A stretch of 64,000 nucleotides of DNA, from UHGV virus genome UHGV-0120889. The stretch is one strand, 5' to 3'. The number at the start of each line of letters is the position of its first letter. The first letter of the stretch is position 1. Below, piece by piece: positions 55,923-64,000 of this stretch. The notes beneath the pieces are model-generated. The model was given only the letters and a program-made list of their open reading frames with translations. It did not search any database and was not told the origin of the DNA. This DNA comes from a virus. The translations under genes were made by a program, and so were the position numbers.

Positions 55923-56102
55923 TTAACGATAATCATCGTACGCTTTATTAACCTGGCGAATATAACATTCAAAAGCCAGATCAATAGATTTATATTCACG
56001 GATATACTCACCATAGGAAACCACATACATTTCTATAGCTTCCTCATATGCGAGGAGAATAGAATCCAAGCCTACGATCTCAGTCTTTGCAATAATAGCC
56101 AT
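55923..56102 (-). CDS. hypothetical small protein (59 aa)
   Basis: MAIIAKTEIVGLDSILLAYEEAIEMYVVSYGEYIREYKSIDLAFECYIRQVNKAYDDYR with RBS AAGAGGA. Confidence 0.4.
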   Translation of the reverse strand: MAIIAKTEIVGLDSILLAYEEAIEMYVVSYGEYIREYKSIDLAFECYIRQVNKAYDDYR

Positions 56103-56173
56103 GATTTTTATCCTCTTTGTGGTTGGTGGGGCTTGCCCCTTTGATTTATATACTACAGTCTTATATGGTCATG

Positions 56174-56407
56174 TCAACTATTTTCAAAAAATTTTTCTGC
56201 TGTGATATTTTTCCCGGTCGGATTTGCTACTTTCAAAATTCTATCATGAACCGGACGCCCGAAAGAATAAGATCCGTATACAGTAAACCAATAATCGCCG
56301 TCAGGTTGTACTATTACCGCCGCATATGGTACGCCTTTTTCGTTTTTGCTGACAAAATAGATCACATTGCCATTAATAGCCTCAGCGCGTTTAATTTGTT
56401 CCATCAT
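56174..56407 (-). CDS. hypothetical protein
   Basis: 77 aa. Confidence 0.4.
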   Translation of the reverse strand: MMEQIKRAEAINGNVIYFVSKNEKGVPYAAVIVQPDGDYWFTVYGSYSFGRPVHDRILKVANPTGKNITAEKFFENS

Positions 56408-56461
56408 GATGATTTACCTCTCTTTATTTTCATAATTGGGGCCGAAAAGGCCCCACCAGGT

Positions 56462-56746
56462 TTATTTATTGATAGCGTGCAGCGGGAAAGGTACTCCAGG
56501 TTGATAGATAACTTTTACAACCTCATCAGGGCAAAAGAAATTGCAGAATTCACCCTGATAAGCCTCATCCTCTTTCAATTCTTCATCAACATACTCAAAA
56601 AAGTAGTCGATGCTTGGATAATCCTGGCCGGGATTATAGTCTACCATCGTTAATAACAATTCTTGATCATTCCGTAGGATATGCATACCCGCTTTTAAGT
56701 ATTTTGCTTCCATTTCCACTACATCGCCAACGGTGACAATAGCCAT
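56462..56746 (-). CDS. hypothetical protein
   Basis: 94 aa acidic. Confidence 0.4.
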   Translation of the reverse strand: MAIVTVGDVVEMEAKYLKAGMHILRNDQELLLTMVDYNPGQDYPSIDYFFEYVDEELKEDEAYQGEFCNFFCPDEVVKVIYQPGVPFPLHAINK

Positions 56747-56947
56747 GATTTTAACTCCTATCTATCCGGTTAATGATTGGGGGCCGCCCCCCTGACACGT
56801 CCTATTATCCATATTGTAGGACTTGATGCAAGTACTTCTTTAAAAATTTTTTAAGCGCCTTGGGGCCGCTGTAACGCTAAAATAATAAAGGCCATGCAAC
56901 CGCATAGCCTTTATGTGATTATATCGCTGCAGGCCCTGCCTGGGGCC

Positions 56948-57298
56948 TTATTTTGCATTCTTGCCTGTATTGCCGCCACGGTACCAGCGTTTGCGGTGAA
57001 AATGGTAATAATCACCCTCGGCATTAAACATCAGATGATTTTCAATAACCAGCTTACGAAGGTGGGCCGGATCTTGTTCCATTCTTGCCAGATTCCGGCG
57101 GCTGTTACGTAAGCGTATAAATTCCATATTCAGGCCGTTGATTGCAGCATGGATGTCAAAGTAACCCCCTTTGAGACGTTCACGCATGGCGTTAAGCTCA
57201 ACACAATATGCAGATTTCTCACAAATCAAGGTATTAGCCAGGGCGCGGACCTGGGCAAGGGGGTTAAGCTCATTAAGGTAATATAGTTTGACTTTCAT
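56948..57298 (-). CDS. hypothetical protein
   Basis: 116 aa basic. Confidence 0.4.
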   Translation of the reverse strand: MKVKLYYLNELNPLAQVRALANTLICEKSAYCVELNAMRERLKGGYFDIHAAINGLNMEFIRLRNSRRNLARMEQDPAHLRKLVIENHLMFNAEGDYYHFHRKRWYRGGNTGKNAK

Positions 57299-57315
57299 AA
57301 AATCACCTGCTGAAA

Positions 57316-57636
57316 TTAGTTTGAGAAAACATCGTTCACAATAGCGATCACAATGCCGCCCACCTTGTCACGGTCAACAATGCACAAATCGCCATGGATC
57401 ATGCGGTAGTCTGGATGATCTTTCACAGAATAGTCAATAAGTGTTTTCTTGTCGTCCAGCTTCGTAACTTCCATTCTCATAACGATATGAGAATCATCAA
57501 AGGCATTATTCCGAAAAGTCATAACCTGACCGCCAGGGCACCCGGTGATCTCCACTTCCACGCCGTCTACGATCTGACCATCAAAGAAATAAAGATTATT
57601 AGCCTGGATAAACATGATCATTACTCCTTTTTGCAC
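57316..57636 (-). CDS. hypothetical protein
   Basis: 106 aa; lies downstream of 44-bp element copy A. Confidence 0.4.
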   Translation of the reverse strand: MQKGVMIMFIQANNLYFFDGQIVDGVEVEITGCPGGQVMTFRNNAFDDSHIVMRMEVTKLDDKKTLIDYSVKDHPDYRMIHGDLCIVDRDKVGGIVIAIVNDVFSN

Positions 57637-57659
57637 TGATTATTTTAACAGGGTTTAAA

Positions 57660-57703
57660 TTTACTTTATTGATGGCCCTGGAGTCAAGGCCATCTAAAAA
57701 TAA
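57660..57703 (-). repeat. conserved 44-bp intergenic element, copy A (palindrome GATGGCC-N10-GGCCATC around TTGACT)
   Basis: Plus-strand TTTACTTTATTGATGGCCCTGGAGTCAAGGCCATCTAAAAATAA; identical to 61405-61448. Confidence 0.85.
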
Positions 57704-57706
57704 ATT

Positions 57707-57907
57707 TTACAGGCCTACAATCTCTTTAATTCGTTTTACTGCTGCCTCAGCGCCTTGAGGGTAAAAATTATGGTAACCAATCACGCGAGTGATACTAATC
57801 GCCGTTTGATGATCTTCATAATACCCCTTGAATATTTCTTGACCATCAACCAGCACAGCAATTTTTTCTTCTTTTTTGAAGTTAATAACGCGGATATTGT
57901 TGCTCAT
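57707..57907 (-). CDS. hypothetical protein
   Basis: 66 aa. Confidence 0.35.
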   Translation of the reverse strand: MSNNIRVINFKKEEKIAVLVDGQEIFKGYYEDHQTAISITRVIGYHNFYPQGAEAAVKRIKEIVGL

Positions 57908-58192
57908 TTTGTTTCCCCTTCTGGAACTTTGTCTGTGTGGTGGGGAGTGTCTCCCCGTTGATTGTTATTATCCATATTCAGGACCGGATTGCAACACCCC
58001 GGAAGAAAAATTTTTTGAAAAAAGTTAGGCCCCCAGGGATCGGGGGCCGTTATCAGTTACTTACAGAGATAAAATACATCCCTACTCCTAACAATATTTC
58101 AAGGGCGATGATCTCAAGCCATACCATAACACGGCGCACCTTATCAGCGCATGGCTTATCCTTGGTTGTCATCGTCTCCCCCTTCCCTCCTG

Positions 58193-58414
58193 TTAGTAGT
58201 GACGTGGTTTACAATGGCCCCCAGGAGTCCTATCACCACGCACACCACAAGAAAAATTATCTCCGCTGTTGTTCGATCCATTGTTATAAAATTCCTCAAG
58301 ATCAGGCCTGAAAATAAAGCGTTCGTTATTGAATCCGTCACGCCAGGCGGCTGGCTTCAAATCTTCACTAAAGGGATTAATTAACGTGGCGTTATTTAAA
58401 CGGCTGGTCCACAT
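58193..58414 (-). CDS. hypothetical protein (overlaps an alternative-frame TM ORF 58156-58341)
   Basis: Two overlapping candidate frames; cannot choose by eye. Confidence 0.25.
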   Translation of the reverse strand: MWTSRLNNATLINPFSEDLKPAAWRDGFNNERFIFRPDLEEFYNNGSNNSGDNFSCGVRGDRTPGGHCKPRHY

Positions 58415-58763
58415 ATTTTCTATTCCTCTCAAATAGGCGATCCGCCTCAGTTAAACATATCTCATGGGCTTGGTCTCTGGTTTTAGCCTCATCAAAAACC
58501 TGTTGTGCCAGGCTGCAGCGTAGGGAGACTGGAAGATCACTATAATAGGCGTTGACAAACGTTTGTGCGTCATACAGGTCGGAAAACACTTTACCCTTTC
58601 TATTATCGCCCTTGTCAACAATTGCAAGGATAACCAATACAATAGTTGCAACCACTCCCAGGAAAATAGATATAACAAACCATAGAAAAGCGGATCTACC
58701 TATCTTGCCAGCGATCCAGGCGTTGAACAAGGCAACTACTACAGCCAAAATAATAAATTCCAT
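58392..58763 (-). CDS. membrane protein (two predicted TM helices)
   Basis: Trimmed to ATG 58761-58763 (MEFIILAVVVALFNAWIAG...FLWFVISIFLGVVATIVLVILAIV). Confidence 0.45.
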   Translation of the reverse strand: MEFIILAVVVALFNAWIAGKIGRSAFLWFVISIFLGVVATIVLVILAIVDKGDNRKGKVFSDLYDAQTFVNAYYSDLPVSLRCSLAQQVFDEAKTRDQAHEICLTEADRLFERNRKYVDQPFK

Positions 58764-58827
58764 TCTATGTACCTCTTTTGCAGTTCTGTTTAACAATAAG
58801 GCGGCAAATATGCCGCCTGTTACCTGA

Positions 58828-59208
58828 TTAAAAATTATCGCCGTAAATCTTTCCGCTTTCTGCCCACACCACCACGCGGGGCATGTTATCCCATACATCT
58901 TGTTTCAGATTTAACGCGTGCAATTCTTCGGTGGTGCTCATACCAGGCACGGGCTGATTGTATACTGCAAAACGACCACCTGCATAATCATAGGCCAGAG
59001 TTAAATCACACTGAATCATCTTTTTGATCATGGCGTTAAGCATAGCGTTAGCCGCATACTGGTCACGTTTTAAAGGCAACTCTTTGATTAGTTTGCGATA
59101 GTTTTCGATATGGTCGCACACTGTTTCACGTGGAAGATCTTTCATATCTTCACGGAATGTAACCAGGTTAAACATAACGGTGTCAATAGCTTTAGTAGTG
59201 TTTTTCAT
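58828..59208 (-). CDS. hypothetical protein
   Basis: 126 aa. Confidence 0.4.
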   Translation of the reverse strand: MKNTTKAIDTVMFNLVTFREDMKDLPRETVCDHIENYRKLIKELPLKRDQYAANAMLNAMIKKMIQCDLTLAYDYAGGRFAVYNQPVPGMSTTEELHALNLKQDVWDNMPRVVVWAESGKIYGDNF

Positions 59209-59298
59209 GATGTTTTCCTCTTTGTTTTGTGTGGGGGCAAACGTCTTGCCCCCTTGAGTTTTAATATAGCAGGTTTTTAGGTTATTGCAACACTTTAT

Positions 59299-59922
59299 TT
59301 ATGAAAAAGTCATCTCACCATATTCATCTACATCAAACCGCCAATCATTGGCCTCGATAAGGCCGATCAGGTTTTCTGCGGTGAACTGTTCTAGATAGGC
59401 CTCCTCCAGGTCTACGTAAACCTTGCGGGATAGCTCCCGTACCGTCTCGGTGATCAGTTCTTCCAGGTCTTCCACTTTGTTTTCTTGTTTGGCGGTCAGA
59501 TCTAGCCAAGTGGTATCAATGTACCCGCTTACAGTGTTTTCATGGCTGTAATGGCTGTACTTGTCGCGTTCAACACTGGCTGATAACTCGCCATCGTGCA
59601 TTGTGCCGAACAAGTGACGAATTGATCGGAACTTGGTCAGGGCCTTTACTTTACGCAAAAATTTTTCTAAATCCACGTTTTCAGCACTGATTGACGCGCC
59701 GTCACCCTGGCACCAAAAGCCGGACCAATGTACTTCGGTATCTTCAAGGCCGTACTCTGGAAAGATATATTCTTTGTAGTGTTCAATTACACTTTCTGCA
59801 AAAAAGTCATCCCCGCTGTGTTCTTCTCTTTCGCGTACCATTTCAATGGCTTTTTCTTTTTGTTCGTCGGTCAGCACGTCGAAAGATAAATTGTAACCTG
59901 TGGTAATGTTAACGGTGGTCAT
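59299..59922 (-). CDS. hypothetical acidic protein
   Basis: 207 aa; largest ORF of the block; no recognised motif. Confidence 0.45.
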   Translation of the reverse strand: MTTVNITTGYNLSFDVLTDEQKEKAIEMVREREEHSGDDFFAESVIEHYKEYIFPEYGLEDTEVHWSGFWCQGDGASISAENVDLEKFLRKVKALTKFRSIRHLFGTMHDGELSASVERDKYSHYSHENTVSGYIDTTWLDLTAKQENKVEDLEELITETVRELSRKVYVDLEEAYLEQFTAENLIGLIEANDWRFDVDEYGEMTFS

Positions 59923-59996
59923 GATATTTTCTCCTGTTTTCTTTGTTAGTGGCGGTAAGTTTTCCCGCCTGTGTGTTTAATTATACTTATTGAGAT

Positions 59997-60257
59997 TTAC
60001 TTGTCAACACTATTTTTTAAATTATTGTGGCGCAAAATGTTTAAAATCTCCTCAACGTCATCAACACGGCGGCAATTTTTAAACGCTACCAATTGCCCCA
60101 TGATTTTAATCACTGGGCGGCCTTGCCAGTGCCCCTGGAGAAAGCGCGCCTTGACTTTATCGGTGGAACTATCACGCCACCAAATGGCCTTGTTGTTGCA
60201 GTAGTAAAAATTATTCAGGACAACATCAACTTTATCAAAATTTTTTAATTTACGCAT
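59997..60257 (-). CDS. hypothetical protein
   Basis: 86 aa. Confidence 0.4.
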   Translation of the reverse strand: MRKLKNFDKVDVVLNNFYYCNNKAIWWRDSSTDKVKARFLQGHWQGRPVIKIMGQLVAFKNCRRVDDVEEILNILRHNNLKNSVDK

Positions 60258-60498
60258 GGCGTTTACTCCTTTCTCTCTTTGATGTGGTTAGTATAGCTAA
60301 CCTGTTTAAGATGTCAAGCTTTAAATAAAATCACTGTCAATGATATTTTTAACGCCATAAAACGGCCCTAAGCGATGTTTTCAGGTTAAAGGGGGGCGAT
60401 TGCATAGGTGGGGCCTTTTTGGCGCTTACAGGGCCAACCAGGGGCGCTATTCGTAGGATAGAAATAAAAAGCCCCGCACAATGGCGGGGCGTTGGTTG

Positions 60499-60696
60499 TT
60501 ATTTGTCTTTATGGCGGTATCGTTCTGCCTGTCGTTCACGTTCCAAAAGTAGGCCAGGCAATTTACGATCATAATGATTTCGCCAGATCTTTCCAAATCT
60601 TTTTGGCTTATTCAGTTTATTGTTACGCTGGCGTCGTTCCGGCAGCTCTTCGGAATCATGAGATCGCTTTACAATCTTCTCAAAATTAATCTTCAT
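60499..60696 (-). CDS. hypothetical basic protein
   Basis: Trimmed from track ORF 60499-60720. Confidence 0.3.
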   Translation of the reverse strand: MKINFEKIVKRSHDSEELPERRQRNNKLNKPKRFGKIWRNHYDRKLPGLLLERERQAERYRHKDK

Positions 60697-61057
60697 ATAT
60701 TCCCCCCTTGCTAACTTCAATATTGGCCTGAATAGCCCGGATACGCCGTTTTATAACCTCCTGATCCTTGCAATCATATCCCCAAAAGTCTACGATTTTT
60801 GCGCCTCCAGCCTTTAGGCGGTATAGTGTTTCTTGCATCTTGTAGGCCGGGATCGGTCGCGGTGTTACCTGGTCGCCCTTCTCATTCTTGTACTTGATAA
60901 TGTAGTCTTCATTGTCGTTGAATATCCAAAATGGGTATTCTGTGAGCGCGTTGCTCTCTTTTTCGTTTTTAGATTGGATCTTGTTTACAATTAAAGCCGT
61001 AGCAATAGCGCCAATAATAAAACTTGCCCCACTGATCATGTTACTTTCTCCTTTCAT
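60686..61057 (-). CDS. hypothetical protein with N-terminal TM anchor
   Basis: N-terminal ISGASFIIGAIATALIV. Confidence 0.4.
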   Translation of the reverse strand: MKGESNMISGASFIIGAIATALIVNKIQSKNEKESNALTEYPFWIFNDNEDYIIKYKNEKGDQVTPRPIPAYKMQETLYRLKAGGAKIVDFWGYDCKDQEVIKRRIRAIQANIEVSKGGIYED

Positions 61058-61115
61058 TGTATTGATAAACTATCTTTATAGATGGCCCTGCTACCAGGAC
61101 CACCGAAAAAACAGT

Positions 61116-61361
61116 TTATTTGACGATACCGACAAAACAGATCCCGCCTTCCCCTATATAGGCAATATCGGTAATTTTATAATTTGTCAAGATCCGCGTG
61201 TTCAGCTCATTAATAAAATCTGTCATCGCGTTGGTGTAGTTGTCTTCCGTGTCTAAGGCATAATCCCAGGTGTAAACCTTTTTACGTCCGAAGCCTTTTA
61301 CCATGATACGGGCGCTTTTGGTGTTGGTAGGGGCATAATATTTGGTGATTAGTGCTGCCAT
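61116..61361 (-). CDS. hypothetical protein
   Basis: 81 aa; downstream of element copy B. Confidence 0.4.
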   Translation of the reverse strand: MAALITKYYAPTNTKSARIMVKGFGRKKVYTWDYALDTEDNYTNAMTDFINELNTRILTNYKITDIAYIGEGGICFVGIVK

Positions 61362-61404
61362 GGTTTTAACTCCTATGCATTAGTTCAGTGTTAACAGTAT
61401 AAAG

Positions 61405-61448
61405 TTTACTTTATTGATGGCCCTGGAGTCAAGGCCATCTAAAAATAA
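61405..61448 (-). repeat. conserved 44-bp intergenic element, copy B
   Basis: Identical to copy A. Confidence 0.85.
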
Positions 61449-61450
61449 TC

Positions 61451-61792
61451 TTACTCGTTTTCTTCCAGCTCCGCAAGCTCTTCTTTTGCTTCTTCTAACT
61501 CTGTCTGTAATTCCTGGTATTCTTCATCGTCCTCAATATCCAGGCTGTCGATGTAGTCGCTAAATCCGCAGCGGTAAGCGATAGGATCTAGCTCCTTGAG
61601 GATACGCGACGGAAGAAAAGAAATGTTTCCGATCATGATTTCGCCGTAGATCTCGTCTAACCATTCATCATAGTTTTCGTCGTACTTGTCCTCGTCGATT
61701 TCAAAGGTATCGATCTTGTTCTCAAGGTCTGCGATCTGTTTTTTCAGTGCGGCAACCTGAATAGCTTTTTCTGCGGCGGTCATAGTAGTCAT
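61451..61792 (-). CDS. hypothetical acidic coiled-coil protein
   Basis: 113 aa. Confidence 0.4.
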   Translation of the reverse strand: MTTMTAAEKAIQVAALKKQIADLENKIDTFEIDEDKYDENYDEWLDEIYGEIMIGNISFLPSRILKELDPIAYRCGFSDYIDSLDIEDDEEYQELQTELEEAKEELAELEENE

Positions 61793-62015
61793 GGTGTTTT
61801 CTCCTTTTGTGTGTTCTGGGAAGTTTTCCCGTTTACGGGTTTAAGTATACCGATCTAAGTTAGCTTGTCAATTAAAAATTTAAGAAAAATTTTGCAAAAC
61901 TGTTAGCGCTACTCATTAACATTTGCGCCAGGATGTAACCGACAACGCAGACGATAATAGTTACCTTTGTGTATTGGCGTGTAGTGCCCATCTTAAAGCC
62001 CCCTTTTTCGCTTAA

Positions 62016-62059
62016 CTGAGATTAGTTTACTTTATCGATGGCCCTGGAGTCAAGGCCAT
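62016..62059 (-). repeat. conserved 44-bp intergenic element, copy C (one mismatch)
   Basis: TTTACTTTATCGATGGCCCTGGAGTCAAGGCCATCTAAAAATAA. Confidence 0.85.
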
Positions 62060-62071
62060 CTAAAAATAAAC

Positions 62072-62476
62072 TCAATAAGTTTTTAGTACTTTCCCGTCCA
62101 ACCTGTCTAGCTGGATCTCAATGGCTGCAGAAAACCTATTATAAACCACGTCGCCCATGGAATCCAACCAGTCTATGACGTTATACACTTGCTCTTTGTT
62201 CTTGCAGGTCCGGATCCGTTTCATGATGTAAGCCGGATCAATATTGGTACTCTCGTTGGTGTTCCCCTGTACCTGGTTTGCCGTATTAGCTACATCTTTA
62301 ATGGCCTTTACCACCACCTGGAAGGGCTTTAAGGTGCCTTTTGCGTTCATCTCACGCGCTTTTGCGGCGCGGTTGTTATAGGTTACACAACGGCGGCAAA
62401 TGTTCACTAAGTGCATGTCAATAATTTTTTCATCGTTTGCCAGTTCGTTCATGATGCGGCGTACGTTCTTATTCAT
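62072..62476 (-). CDS. hypothetical protein
   Basis: 134 aa. Confidence 0.4.
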   Translation of the reverse strand: MNKNVRRIMNELANDEKIIDMHLVNICRRCVTYNNRAAKAREMNAKGTLKPFQVVVKAIKDVANTANQVQGNTNESTNIDPAYIMKRIRTCKNKEQVYNVIDWLDSMGDVVYNRFSAAIEIQLDRLDGKVLKTY

Positions 62477-62558
62477 GATCTTTTTCCTTTGTGCTGGCGG
62501 GAAACATTCCCGCCTTTTGTGTCTAGTTTACTTAAATTTTGCAGCGTGTCAATGATTT

Positions 62559-62957
62559 TTATTCGTGGGCGCATGTCACAATGTGCTTTTTATAGCCCAG
62601 GTGGTCAGCAAGTGCCGACAAAAACTCTTCTTCGTAGATCCAGCCGTCGGCAGTGATCCCCATAGCATTTAATGCACTCTCAAGTGCTGCGTTAGCTTTA
62701 TCGTAACCGTGACCGCTCGCCTTGCCGCCAGTATAACCGTACTTATTGTTCTTGTTGTCGTGAATCCAAAACACGCAGTAGTGAGTGTTACCACTGGCGG
62801 CGGCATAATACCGGATCTCAGCTACTTCGTGCAAATTATTGTCATCGTCCAGGCCCACCAGATTATAAGCCTTGTAAAATCCACGATCACGGCGGCAGTT
62901 CTTGACATCAGAAAAAGAAAAGTCCGCATTATCAAAATTAAAGGTAGTGGTTTTCAT
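62559..62957 (-). CDS. hypothetical protein
   Basis: 132 aa. Confidence 0.4.
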   Translation of the reverse strand: MKTTTFNFDNADFSFSDVKNCRRDRGFYKAYNLVGLDDDNNLHEVAEIRYYAAASGNTHYCVFWIHDNKNNKYGYTGGKASGHGYDKANAALESALNAMGITADGWIYEEEFLSALADHLGYKKHIVTCAHE

Positions 62958-63020
62958 GATTTTATCCTCTTAGTGTCTTTTGCGATTTCAGTGTATTTTG
63001 TGTCAGACCATATGTCAACA

Positions 63021-63218
63021 TTATTTTTTATTAAACCAGTGGTTGATCTGACCTTTTGTCAGGGCGCAACGGTTAAGCTGTTGCAGGGTATAGCTATGAC
63101 CGCGACGAAATTTATAAAGGCCTTGCCCGTTGTTGATGGTTACATCCACCCGGCAAATCACTTGATTGGTGACCACCTGGCGAGTGTTGCGACGTACTTT
63201 AATTCCGTAGGCGTTCAT
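63021..63218 (-). CDS. hypothetical basic protein
   Basis: 65 aa. Confidence 0.35.
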   Translation of the reverse strand: MNAYGIKVRRNTRQVVTNQVICRVDVTINNGQGLYKFRRGHSYTLQQLNRCALTKGQINHWFNKK

Positions 63219-64000
63219 GATTTTTTATCCTCTCTGTTAATTGGTGTGGTGTTGTTCACCTTGCGAGGATAAGAATAACAAGAACTGTCCGAGCTGTCAA
63301 CCATTAGTTAAAATTATTTTTTGGGTAGAATTCTCCAGCCGCCGCCCCTGCCAGGTTAACCATCATTTTTCGTACTCTTCTTTATGTTCCAACGCTCCCG
63401 CCATAGCCTTTTCAACCAGGGCGATAGCCTCAGCGTCATTAATAGCTACATTTTCCAGGTGGATCATATTACCTTCCATTTTTGTACCTCCTCTTCAATT
63501 GTTACCTATCCTATAGCATAGGCCCACCAGGTTTGCAAGCCTTCATTCTCTCCTACCTGGTCAGTTAGGCCCTGCCAGGCTGGCCCCGCCAGGTTGCAGC
63601 GGTCAGCGCATCAGGTTAGAATTTTTTTTTTTTTTGAAAAGTGTTGACAGCGGCCCCGCCAGGTGGCAAAATATACCTATCGAAAGGACGGCAGGCACCG
63701 GTGACGGGGGAGACAATCACCGGGCCTGCCCGTTATTCTGCAAACGAGAATGATTATCATTCAAAATTCTAAATGAGAACTCCTCGCATTTAATAAATTT
63801 AATTAGCACGCTAATTACCCTCCGTAACAATTTCCTATAAAATAGTATCCACTAAAATATTCCCATATAGAAATTTTAAAAATCCATTTCTGAAAACGAA
63901 AAATCGATTTCGTCCCCAAAAATTTCAGGTCGAGAGCCGGAACGATTTCCAGAAAATCCGATTCAGAAAACGAAAAACAGATCGAGTACTGAGAAATTTA

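Noticed and set aside
55304-56653. Plus-strand ORFs 55304-55495, 55579-55926, 55848-56144, 56117-56653
   Set aside because: Antisense to a run of short minus-strand genes with RBS; hydrophobic low-complexity translations caused by T-rich antisense.
57660-57703. Interpreting the 44-bp element hairpin as a rho-independent terminator for the minus-strand genes
   Set aside because: On the transcribed strand the hairpin is followed by AAUAAAGUAAA rather than a U-run; promoter/operator or processing role fits better.
58552-58827. Plus-strand ORF 58552-58827 and others antisense in the 58-63 kb block (59691-59906, 59971-60204, 60492-60689, 60912-61256, 62411-62656, 62709-63272)
   Set aside because: All antisense to better-supported minus-strand ORFs.

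Overview
This window reads as a gene-dense segment of a tailed dsDNA bacteriophage genome. All calls rest on reading the sequence and the ORF track by eye; no database search, alignment or RNA-folding program was run, so family assignments are motif-level recognition only. Layout: (1) 1-8010, minus strand: head morphogenesis and packaging module (partial Pro/Glu-rich structural gene, lambda-E-like major capsid, gpD-like decoration protein, scaffold, small head protein, portal, large terminase split by an ORF-less group I intron) followed by an Rz/Rz1-like spanin pair. (2) 8432-9245, minus strand: seven tRNA genes, one atypical. (3) 9.3-12.2 kb: small minus-strand genes, a GC-rich non-coding block and an AT-rich tract with four palindromic 21-22 bp iterons beside an HTH gene. 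(4) 12.2-38.6 kb, mostly plus strand: nucleotide-metabolism and DNA/RNA-repair genes (P-loop kinase, metallophosphoesterase, RNA-ligase-like, sirtuin-like, DNA ligase, lambda-R-like endolysin, flap endonuclease, RuvC-like, endonuclease VII, DnaQ-like exonuclease, two N6-adenine methyltransferases, dNMP kinase, HAD nucleotidase, ThyX, NrdA, NrdB, glutaredoxin-like, NrdD split by a group I intron carrying an HNH endonuclease, NrdG, PhoH, ClpP-like protease), driven by TTGACA-N17-TATAAT promoters. (5) 39.1-50.6 kb, plus strand: about 35 small ORFs including a clear ribosome hibernation factor homologue and a tandem family of small acidic proteins. (6) 50.64-53.1 kb: repeat-rich non-coding region. 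(7) 53.1-63.5 kb, minus strand: small genes punctuated by three copies of a near-identical 44-bp palindrome-containing element and many GC hairpins. (8) 63.3-64.0 kb: repeat-rich, possibly terminal, region. Candidates for something new are the phage-encoded HPF with its tandem paralogue array, the sirtuin-like gene inside an RNA-repair island, the terminase intron, the iteron locus, and the 44-bp intergenic element.
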